Of a DNA stretch of 23,052 nucleotides, positions 17,001-23,052 are shown one piece after another (position 1 is the first letter of the stretch; every line of letters begins with the position of its first letter). Source of the stretch: Bradymonadia bacterium (GTDB lineage: Bacteria; Myxococcota_A; Bradymonadia; UBA7976; UBA1532). The stretch covers positions 1 through 23,052 of the forward strand of contig JBKAGE010000017.1 of the NCBI GenBank assembly GCA_046290225.1, in the 5' to 3' direction. Below the pieces are notes generated by a model that had not been told where the DNA came from, ran no database searches, and saw only the letters and a list, made by a program, of their open reading frames with translations. Made by a program: the position numbers and the translations under genes.

Positions 17001-17447
17001 TCGATCCTGCACGATCTCTCCTGGGCCGAGGCCCATGAGTTGATGGGCCAGCTCGCTCAGCTCTTCAGCGCCAACAGCTCTCTGGAGATCGACACACTGC
17101 CTCCCGATCGCGCCGAGCGCGTCGAGCAACTGCTGCACCGGGATCAACACGGCGGCATGCCCCAACCCCTGATCCCACGTTGGGGTCCCGAGCCAGCGCT
17201 CAAGGGGGTGACCCGCACGATGGACCGCTACGGGCTGCTCACAGCGGTGGCGTTGAGAGCGGCCGTGGGGGCGATGGTGCGCCTCAAGGGCAGCGCGGTC
17301 GAGATCTCCCATCTCGACACAGGCGATCTGACGTGGGCCCTGCGGAGCAACCCGCGGGTACGTGATCTGGTGAAGTTCTCGCTCTCGGAGGGCTACCGCC
17401 AGCTGCGCTCTGCCGCAGGCCTCGCTTTGAGAGCCCGCCCAGAGTGA
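11085..17447 (+). CDS. Giant cytoplasmic TPR-like protein (2120 aa; myxobacterial AgmK-like architecture) with a degenerate M48-peptidase-like C-terminal domain
   Basis: Start overlaps the kinase stop (ATGTCTGA). Many repeats of the type L.RL......W..L...L....../A...Y..VL..DP....AL. No signal peptide. C-terminal RFLLGRAL, MDRYGLL and VRDLVKFSLSEGY motifs. Confidence 0.9.
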   Translation: MSDAFAPLQWTLLEARLAEEGLYPMARAALLAGPLECPRAAVEAAQSALSSAGTDLTPVLLLMQLALHLDDEGVARSTWAHTHTHLCHGALPPVESGALALTWALIWTLRWPDAERAAQALEVATPYDSLRLGDLLTSLTGSLDERIARARHRLEGAVDADDRARGQLHLGRLLLSAGDLTEGAALVDAAVSSGADLDEAARLALWHRLEVSWRTSDALGMPLIEALARTLPPSGAGALWHLAADLLAQRGEDARAERLYARAAAGPSGLVIALKRLHRALSDPSLEPARHANRLHDAVLAGADTGLDELLSIRSAELCLEADLDARTDLDVSSASDALARVRWHQRRWSDLRLLVDRRPPSAAVSIFTAALDLMALKDAEGCTRTLLDLASSGLDGDDETTALMGWRLRQLAGDDRGALRAEADRQPDLQRRVSVLVQLVHAALADPSARLDAHVALEAALGLDPRHPTALLLGVELGRQSGRPGPWAEALTRAIMAFATDGTAPGPLGQALIHRLAALSSAAPKVARFLADEHSAAMGSWLDSPTTADQAVEILKAGERYVVLEDLLRQASERSPHPLHRARLLAHRGQLLCDFADRPAEGGDLIQRARALIESAPPSESRTALQDWMSSWQGGESAHTVVHAVTQETTRVAGTTPDEPEAWGSTVEAPAMPSEAASDPQPSSPLGPARRTGGARSRAAVRRRLARAKSDQRGAAITWPDLGRMQIRNALDALSAADDAHSRAEAAAEVAEQYEAAEAEAEAIAAWREVLAWRSGSLLAIERLLVLCTRRGDWKGLAQTLQLAIDASGDTARRQQLILSLTEIYTERLHDPASAVPHLRRALSERPGDQHLVTLLAATLKGARMWSDYVQVVTASGQIDAHPEVALEVGQVLLHHLDDPQRAAPLIERVAPQMLHAVDEDTSIQLLRDLATVRAVTGALDEAMALLDRAITMATPSQALALRLSQAQLVQSHGDDPAQALALYRRALGEGLHDLALLEQAERLAIDLRAWGVLVEILGAMARQTADHADKRALLIRLGHLHRARLDEPLKAADCFVEAFELDPADQKLYRLIVGLVDADEDPQRVALRIRVHQAWLSAVPDPSPQARVEVARQLAAAYEAAEQPTDAARVLESVWHALGDDPAVHALLAPLERAYRRAGQWAELARLYTLGLSQNPSEARQTVLLRHLARVQETGLHDLVAATETWGKILTITPDDLSAVRALCRLLEAQRRWDELIEASGREFELQPDDAHKAHVLFRIGSLYETHLDDTAMAQQVYEQVLRLDHGHFPALHGLRALATAAEDWPAAIKWLQREADRWDKPREKAAVLAQIGLIERDKLERPHKAMATLMQAFELWPACVPAARALGDAAYSMQAWERAATFYQAVTTQKLSRWSAHDRAEIFTRRGLIALQLGNHHESAESLRIALEINADHPGALEALVEANGALEDPIAEGPDLRARVEVRRQTLANAGASVIERARVEILEGHLRRQALDLDGALEAYGAAITLAPDQLDLRQPLVDLLTALRRWPEATATLDALCVRLEDRLEDDTARAAYLEAQAQSAMLWGDFAVDTAQAEDRWVKVARVARGVDDRRHREARLAVAQGAFLEGDPTRALFLVERLLEDVTARPESVSGPELASIYAYAGVILTKGLDDQTQGAARLIEALKTDPRCAMGLLALLRLRHRQSGGTVSDELTTLLETHSGLIEACPARDLQHSALKIFAAELWSQIEPGKGRGLLEDHARGGPGARDARLALAHGPNSTVEAGANHLYDALEEDICDLDALRSLARLAQQEGDDDLELRVLEVLDLCRAVSGPDLDQLRQLQSKARRRLERGPRDPRADLRFQTLHHPGWSSPLIELVRLCEPLLLPLQPPRPRPQVRRNTALGPRSGHPFAAELPAVFELLGKPTAEVHGLPGLTLGEPPITVWPDAVPRIVFAAQPPEIAWTIAQQRFLLGRALCLTGHGLSILHDLSWAEAHELMGQLAQLFSANSSLEIDTLPPDRAERVEQLLHRDQHGGMPQPLIPRWGPEPALKGVTRTMDRYGLLTAVALRAAVGAMVRLKGSAVEISHLDTGDLTWALRSNPRVRDLVKFSLSEGYRQLRSAAGLALRARPE

Positions 17448-17549
17448 TGTCCGAAATCTACAAGCCCCTGACTCTACGCAATTCTCTAGAGACAGATTGG
17501 CTTCGTGTTTTATCAATACCTGAGCACACATGTCAGCGAAGGATGCACG

Positions 17550-18872
17550 ATGCGCCTCGACCCGATTCTCCGGGTGGTCTGGGTCTCGGCCCTGGCTACG
17601 GCCTGCGCCGGCGAGGCCACCCAGAGCGAAGGAGATCCCACACAAGAGGGCCCGCCCATCGAGGCGCAGCTCGACATGATGCCCTCTGGCGACGGCAGCC
17701 TCGGCGAGGGGCGAGCCGATGGAGGCCTCAGAGGGCCCGATGCCCGCATCGAAGACACTGGCCCGCCACAATGGCAGGTCAACGACGCAGGGCCCTCGGA
17801 TCACGACCTCGGCGTCTTTCGTTCAGACGCCGGGACACCAGATGCCGAGGTCCCGGATCTCGCCCTGCCCGATGTCGCACTCTCGGATGCAGAGCCCGCG
17901 CCTGTCGACATGACCCCCATCGTGGAGACACCGGATGCCGAGGTGCCTGATCTCGGGGTGCCCGACATGATGATCATCGTGATCCCGGACGCAGAACTGC
18001 CCGATCTCGAGATCCCAGACGCAGAAGTACCTGACGCCGAGGTGCCTGACCTCGAGGTCCCCGATGCCGAGCCAGACCCGTGCCTCGGGCAGGTGGAGCT
18101 GTGCGGTGACGGCCTCGACAACGATTGTGATCTCGTCACCGACGAGACCACGTGCGCCATCCGTGTCGGACGCCCCGAGATCACCTGGGTGCGCATCCGC
18201 GGGGGCAACTTCCTCATGGGTACCGAAGCGGGTGAGCCCCTCGACCGGCCTGCACATCAGGTGAACGTGCCCGAATTCTACATCTCCAAAACGCCGGTCA
18301 GCGTTGCTGCATATCGACAGTGCCGCGACGAAGAGGCCTGCACCGCGGGCCCGGGCTGCAATGTGCCTGTGGGCGACACAGCAGAGCTGCCCATCGACTG
18401 CGTGCGTCAGAGCGAGGCCCTGGAGTTCGTCCGCTGGTACGGCGCCCGACTGCCCAGCGAAGCCGAGTGGGAGTACGCCGCCCGCAGTGGTGGTCGAGAC
18501 GAGCTCTATCCCTGGGGCAACAACGCCCCCACCTGTGATCTGGCTGTGCTCAACGACGGTGTACGTGGGTGTGGCCGCGACACCCTCTGGCCGGTGTGCA
18601 GCAAGCCGCAGGGCAACACGGATCAGGGGTTATGCGACATGGCGGGGCTGGTCTGGGAGTGGGTGGCCGACGACTTCGGCAACTACGCAGACACACCTGT
18701 CGATGGCTCCGCCCACGTCAACGGCGGAACCATCGGCATGCTCAGAGGCGGCAGCTTCATCGATGACGCGGTCTTCATGCGCTCGACGAGGCGCCTGCCT
18801 TCAGCCAAAGGCCAGCGGGCCTTCGGCGTGGGCTTCCGCCTGGTGGTGAGAGCGCTCGCCCCCATCGAATGA
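17550..18872 (+). CDS. Lipoprotein with an acidic pentapeptide stalk, one MopE-like metal-binding motif and an FGE-sulfatase (SUMF1/EgtB/PvdO-family) domain (440 aa)
   Basis: GAAGGA RBS before ATG 17550. Lipobox ALATA|C. ELCGDGLDNDCDLVTDE motif. FGE motifs FLMG, RLPSEAEWEYAAR, YPWG, GLCDMAGxVWEW, RGGSF and GFR. Confidence 0.9.
   Translation: MRLDPILRVVWVSALATACAGEATQSEGDPTQEGPPIEAQLDMMPSGDGSLGEGRADGGLRGPDARIEDTGPPQWQVNDAGPSDHDLGVFRSDAGTPDAEVPDLALPDVALSDAEPAPVDMTPIVETPDAEVPDLGVPDMMIIVIPDAELPDLEIPDAEVPDAEVPDLEVPDAEPDPCLGQVELCGDGLDNDCDLVTDETTCAIRVGRPEITWVRIRGGNFLMGTEAGEPLDRPAHQVNVPEFYISKTPVSVAAYRQCRDEEACTAGPGCNVPVGDTAELPIDCVRQSEALEFVRWYGARLPSEAEWEYAARSGGRDELYPWGNNAPTCDLAVLNDGVRGCGRDTLWPVCSKPQGNTDQGLCDMAGLVWEWVADDFGNYADTPVDGSAHVNGGTIGMLRGGSFIDDAVFMRSTRRLPSAKGQRAFGVGFRLVVRALAPIE
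17838..18074 (+). repeat. Coding pentapeptide repeat PD[A/L/M/V]x[V/L/I], about 13 copies
   Basis: PDAEV-PDLAL-PDVAL...PDAEL-PDLEI-PDAEV-PDAEV-PDLEV-PDAEP, with 15-nt periodicity. Confidence 0.85.
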
Positions 18873-18900
18873 GCGCGACCGACTGAACACCACAACCTGA

Positions 18901-21900
18901 TCAGGCGCCAGTGAGCTCGTGCAGATCTCGGGCGATCTCGCTGAAGACGATGGCGGGGGCCTCACGCCACGGGAGCCCCTTGGACTCGAAGCTGATCCCG
19001 ACCCCGTTCAGCTCCATCTCCTCCGTCGTCCATTCAGGGATGTAGCTGTCATGGCTCAGGTTGATGGTGTAGGGCCCGAGGGTTCGATACGACATGCAGA
19101 TGAGGCCCGCGTCCTCTCGAGGGCCACGCTCGTACCCCAAGGCGTTGAGGCCCTTCATGAACGCACCGGCAGTCATGCGAGGCAGCTGATTGAAGAGCGT
19201 CCTGTCGTCGGGGAGATCGGCAGGGGTGAAGACCCGGCGGTCGATCTGCATGAAGAGGGGGCGCTCTTTCGCATCCCAGAGGGCCTCCTTCCACGCCTCG
19301 CGCTCCGCCACGGTCAGATGGATCGGATGCAGCAGCCTGATGTCCGAGTTGTCAGGCAGCGTAACCGCCTCACCGGCGACGTCGACGAGGGTGGGGCCCT
19401 CTGCTCCACGGGCCACCCGGAACTGCACCACACCGTGCTCGCCCTCCACAGCTTCCCAGACGAGGCGCCTGGCCAGGGAGAGCATGAGCGGGTGCTCCAC
19501 GAAGCGCTTCACCCAGTCGGCGCGGGCCCAGCGACGACCCGAGGCGAGGGCATCTTCGAGGCGCCGAGGCTGCACCTTCTGAATCTGCTTCATCTCTTTG
19601 CGGATGCCCGACAGCCGGGCCTTGGCCGAGCGCACCTTGTGAGCGTCATCGTCTTTGCGCGCTGCGGGCAGGCTCTTCACCGTCTTGCCCGCATCGTTGA
19701 CGATCTCGATGTTGAGATCCTCGTCGAGACGCAGCGTGAAGGCCCGGGGGCCGTAATCCAACTGCTGCTCGCCAGAGAGGTCGAAGCCACAATCCGACAT
19801 GGCCGAGTCCACGAGATCTTCCACCGTCATGCCCCGAGCCTGCGCCATACGGCCCAGCCCTGCAGCAGACCGCCAACGCAGGGCGTCACGGCGGGTCTTG
19901 CGGTGGGCGGTGTCGAGGGCGCGGATCGCCGCGTCGGAGCCATTGCGCACCAGGGCCTCGACCCCCTCGTCCCCCCACTGGGTGTGCTGAGAGCTCGCCA
20001 GCTTGTCGAGCTCACCCGCGATGGCGTCAACCCGCTTTGCCCCGCCGAGGAGCGCCTGGGCGAAGAGCGGCCACCCCGTAAAGGCGTTGTACACGCCGGC
20101 GAGCATGGCATCGATGACGGGCTCGCTGTGCACTGGATCGAGGCGCCTCGCCACCTGGTGCAGGGTCTTCGAGCCTCGCTCGGTGGTCTCCTGACCCAGA
20201 GCCCCCACCACCCACCGCTGAGCGGACTGAGTGAGATACCCCCCTTCAGCCCACCTCAGCTTCGGCAGCCCCGTGAGGGTGAGCCCATCGGGCACCGGCG
20301 CCAGGGGCAGCTTGCCCAGAGCGATGGTCAGGGCCTTGCCATCGAGGGCGTCGACGTCGAGGGCCTCGGCCTCGATGATGGTCAGGGCCTTGCTGACCTG
20401 CTCATCGGGATCTTTGCCAGCATCCTTGGCCGCCTGGAGCAGCTCGAGGCTGCTTCCGTCGGCGATGAGCCCCAAGGCCTCGGCGGTGCCAGAGAGGGTG
20501 ATCTCGTCGAAGACCTCGGCCTCCACGAGGGCCTTGAGCTGTGCATGTAGAGCTGGCAGGGCTGCCGCTGGATGCCCGGTGAGCGCCGCCATGACCACCT
20601 TGCGGGCTTTGACCCGCTTGTCTTTGAGGGCCCCGGCGACGAGGGGCATGTAACGCGCAGGATCTCGACCCACGCCCCAGCTCACCACGTCGCCGAGCTT
20701 GTAATACATGGCCCCTTTGCCGAACTCGGGGGCCCGCTTGAAGCTGTTGGTCAGCACCCAGGCGGTGAGGGCCGGGGCAAAATCCTCGAAGAGCCCGTCG
20801 AGGGCGGTGAAGTATTCGCCGTAGTCATAGCCCACGCATCGCGACACCTCGATGGCGTGATCTCGCACGCCCTCTGCGTCTTTGAAGGCTTCGAGCAGGG
20901 CCAGCCAGGGGTCGTACTCCGTGTCGTACGTGTCGAGGTTCCTGCTCGTGAACGTCTGAGCGAGATACTGGCGGTAGATGCCCACCAGCTCGGGGCCCCG
21001 ATCTTTGAACTCGGTCCACCGCTCGCCCTCGCTCTCTTCGAGGACCTCGATGATCGACCCCACGTCGTCGACCTCGCCCTCGCCCTTGGGGGCCTTCACT
21101 CGCTCGAGCTGCTCCACCACCGCCGCCGCCTTCTCCGTGGCGAGGTGACTCTGGGCCGCGGCATACACCTCGGCGTGGGCCGGCAGATCGGCGAGCACGG
21201 TGGCCGCAGCGGCGCGGGTGTCCTTCTTCTTGGCATCGAGCAGGGGCAACAGATGCGGCAGCGCCACCTCGGGTGCAAAGAGCAGCATGGACTCACAGGC
21301 CACGCCCCGCACCTTCTTGCTGGTGCTGGCGAGGGCGGCGGCGACACCAGGGGCGGCGTCGGGGTGAGGGGTGTTGTCTTCGCCACTGATCGACAACAGA
21401 TGGACCATGACATCCTGAGCGCTGGAGCTGGCCTTGCGCTTGGACACCCCTGCGACAAGATCTGGGATCAGCGCTTCTCTGATCGCGTATACATAGCCGT
21501 TTTCATATTTTTCGTAGGCGCTGCCCCTGATGGTCTCTATGACCCGCTCTGCCTGGTAACTGGGGCGCCCGGGGAAGTTGCAGATCTCAGCGACAATGCG
21601 GGCCCGCACCCCTGGAGCGTCGCTGCTGGCGATGAAGCGCCACGGCATGGTTTTGGCGTTGACCAGGATCGCCTCGAGGCGCTCGGCGGGGATCACGGCC
21701 ATGGTCTCGCGGGCCCGCCTGAGCTCGTCTTTTTCACTGCCGCCGTTCCATCCCTCTTCGTAGGTACTGATCAGCGTGGAGAGCTGTGCGTCGAGACGCT
21801 CTGGTGGGGTCACCCCGTGCTTTCGACAGTGGCGCAGATAGACCATGCCGTAGGTGAGGGCCGGCCAGCCTTCGTCATATCCACGGGGCTTGATCTCAAG

Positions 21901-22704
21901 GCCCTCGAAGGCCTCCTCGAAGATGGACAAGGCCTCATCGGGCAAGACGTCCAGAGATTCGATGGCGTCCCATACCCGCCACGAGTCACTGGTCTTGGCG
22001 AGCACGCTCACGAGGGTCCGGGTGTCGGTGTGAGGGATCAGCTCCGAGACGACGAAGCAATGGTTGAAGTAGGCGATCTCATCATCAAGCGCCGCTTTGA
22101 GCAGCGCCGCCCCCCATCGCTGGGGGTCAACATTTGCCTCGCTGTGCCAACTGTCCTGATCCTTGGCGCTATGGGCCACATAGACCTTGGCGACGGTGTG
22201 CAGCTCGTCATCGGTGAGCGCATCCCAGCTGATGTGTTCGAATCGCGCCAGGTGCCACCCCACGACGAGCCGCCACGGCTCGGGCAGGCTGCGCCACTTG
22301 CACTCGAGAGCTTTGCCGAAGGCAGCGTCGCCCTTCTTCACCTCGAGCAGCTCGGCAAGCACGCTCACGTCACCGGGCAACTGATCGCTGCTGGCCAGTG
22401 ACGACGTATACCCGCCATGATCCTTCTCGCCCTTGGGGAAGGCGGCGTCCATGGCTTCGATCCACCGCACGTAGTCATCGCCGTCGAAGGCCTCGGGCTC
22501 TTCTTCCTGGGCGATGAGCCAATGCAGCCGATCGTGCTTGGCGATGTCGAGCTCACCGTCTCGGAAGGCCTGCCACAAGAACGTGGAGAGCTTGCCGTCG
22601 AACTTCTCGTTGCACAGCGCTCTGATCTTGTCGTCAAAGCTGTAGCTGTCTGCGTAACGGCTCGTGATGCCAGCGAGCTCGGGGTAAAGATCGGCTGCGT
22701 TCAT
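18901..22704 (-). CDS. DUF4132 domain protein with HEAT-like repeats (MolR/YehI-like; 1267 aa)
   Basis: GAGGAG RBS 5 nt before the ATG. DUF4132-type motifs GFD..G...LDYGPR, GK.VKSLP, RLEDAL..GRRW, HPLM..LARRLVW, I.LLHP, F.QI.R.VF and VFSEI.RDL. Confidence 0.92.
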   Translation of the reverse strand: MNAADLYPELAGITSRYADSYSFDDKIRALCNEKFDGKLSTFLWQAFRDGELDIAKHDRLHWLIAQEEEPEAFDGDDYVRWIEAMDAAFPKGEKDHGGYTSSLASSDQLPGDVSVLAELLEVKKGDAAFGKALECKWRSLPEPWRLVVGWHLARFEHISWDALTDDELHTVAKVYVAHSAKDQDSWHSEANVDPQRWGAALLKAALDDEIAYFNHCFVVSELIPHTDTRTLVSVLAKTSDSWRVWDAIESLDVLPDEALSIFEEAFEGLEIKPRGYDEGWPALTYGMVYLRHCRKHGVTPPERLDAQLSTLISTYEEGWNGGSEKDELRRARETMAVIPAERLEAILVNAKTMPWRFIASSDAPGVRARIVAEICNFPGRPSYQAERVIETIRGSAYEKYENGYVYAIREALIPDLVAGVSKRKASSSAQDVMVHLLSISGEDNTPHPDAAPGVAAALASTSKKVRGVACESMLLFAPEVALPHLLPLLDAKKKDTRAAAATVLADLPAHAEVYAAAQSHLATEKAAAVVEQLERVKAPKGEGEVDDVGSIIEVLEESEGERWTEFKDRGPELVGIYRQYLAQTFTSRNLDTYDTEYDPWLALLEAFKDAEGVRDHAIEVSRCVGYDYGEYFTALDGLFEDFAPALTAWVLTNSFKRAPEFGKGAMYYKLGDVVSWGVGRDPARYMPLVAGALKDKRVKARKVVMAALTGHPAAALPALHAQLKALVEAEVFDEITLSGTAEALGLIADGSSLELLQAAKDAGKDPDEQVSKALTIIEAEALDVDALDGKALTIALGKLPLAPVPDGLTLTGLPKLRWAEGGYLTQSAQRWVVGALGQETTERGSKTLHQVARRLDPVHSEPVIDAMLAGVYNAFTGWPLFAQALLGGAKRVDAIAGELDKLASSQHTQWGDEGVEALVRNGSDAAIRALDTAHRKTRRDALRWRSAAGLGRMAQARGMTVEDLVDSAMSDCGFDLSGEQQLDYGPRAFTLRLDEDLNIEIVNDAGKTVKSLPAARKDDDAHKVRSAKARLSGIRKEMKQIQKVQPRRLEDALASGRRWARADWVKRFVEHPLMLSLARRLVWEAVEGEHGVVQFRVARGAEGPTLVDVAGEAVTLPDNSDIRLLHPIHLTVAEREAWKEALWDAKERPLFMQIDRRVFTPADLPDDRTLFNQLPRMTAGAFMKGLNALGYERGPREDAGLICMSYRTLGPYTINLSHDSYIPEWTTEEMELNGVGISFESKGLPWREAPAIVFSEIARDLHELTGA

Positions 22705-22892
22705 GTGGACTCCTCAGATGCGGTGGAGTGTGTATGCCATGGCATCTACAGCCATGAAACCCCATCACAGAATGACATCGCTCAAGCTCACACTGAAAGT
22801 TAGTTCAGCCAACCCATGCTCTTCGAAAACCTCATCGAACATCGATATGTGGATGGGGTGTCGGAGGGCGCTCCGCGGGTGAGAGAGTTTGT

Positions 22893-22924
22893 CGGGCACG
22901 GGCACGGGCACGGGCACGGGCACG
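22893..22924 (-). repeat. Hexanucleotide tandem repeat (CGGGCA)5-CG
   Basis: Five perfect CGGGCA copies at 22893-22922, in non-coding-looking DNA. Confidence 0.9.
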
Positions 22925-23052
22925 AGTTGATTCGAGTGTTGACCCGTGGCCCGGCATGACTCCGCTCGTAGATTTGTGATGGTGGAGGCTCTACCCGACC
23001 CCACCTACTTCTCAATGGAGGCTTTTGGGCTCCATAACACCCAAAACCTGAA

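Noticed and set aside
11085..17447. Gene symbols agmK for the giant TPR gene and gltJ for the zinc-ribbon gene
   Set aside because: The similarity is architectural only; orthology cannot be established without a search.
18700..18872. Diversity-generating retroelement variable region in the FGE/CLec-fold C-terminus
   Set aside because: No template repeat or reverse transcriptase is visible in the window.
51..22936. Whole window as one mobile element bounded by inverted repeats
   Set aside because: The shared sequence is only a short hexamer repeat, there is no transposase or integrase, and the content looks like ordinary myxobacterial chromosome.
22765..23015. Small minus-strand ORFs (79 aa and 71 aa)
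   Set aside because: They run through the hexamer repeat (VPVPVP / CPCPCP). The tail MFDEVFEEHGLAELTF looks protein-like and could be a gene remnant, but I cannot assign it.

Overview
GC-rich window of myxobacterial-type (Myxococcota/deltaproteobacterial) DNA with nine supportable CDSs. The taxonomy is inferred from gene architectures. No RNA gene, CRISPR array or transposase was recognised. Left: a secreted 14-Cys protein with a long C-terminal beta-sheet region (284-2581), then a membrane-anchored beta + HEAT-like protein (2873-4738). By motif-level comparison these look like the two halves of a eukaryotic-type large lipid transfer protein (vitellogenin/MTP/apoB family) split into two genes. 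This is the main candidate for an undescribed system. Between them lie an intrinsic terminator and a 159-bp element that folds into a single long hairpin (MITE-like or structured RNA). Middle: a zinc-ribbon/GYF/Pro-repeat/TM/TPR protein (minus strand), divergent from a tight operon of 8-stranded outer-membrane beta-barrel, Ig-like lipoprotein, tail-anchored Ser/Thr kinase (NRD in place of HRD) and a 2120-aa TPR protein. An FGE-sulfatase-fold lipoprotein follows. Right: a DUF4132/HEAT protein on the minus strand. Both window ends carry a (CGTGCC)n repeat in opposite orientation. All family assignments come from motif recognition by eye, not from database searches.
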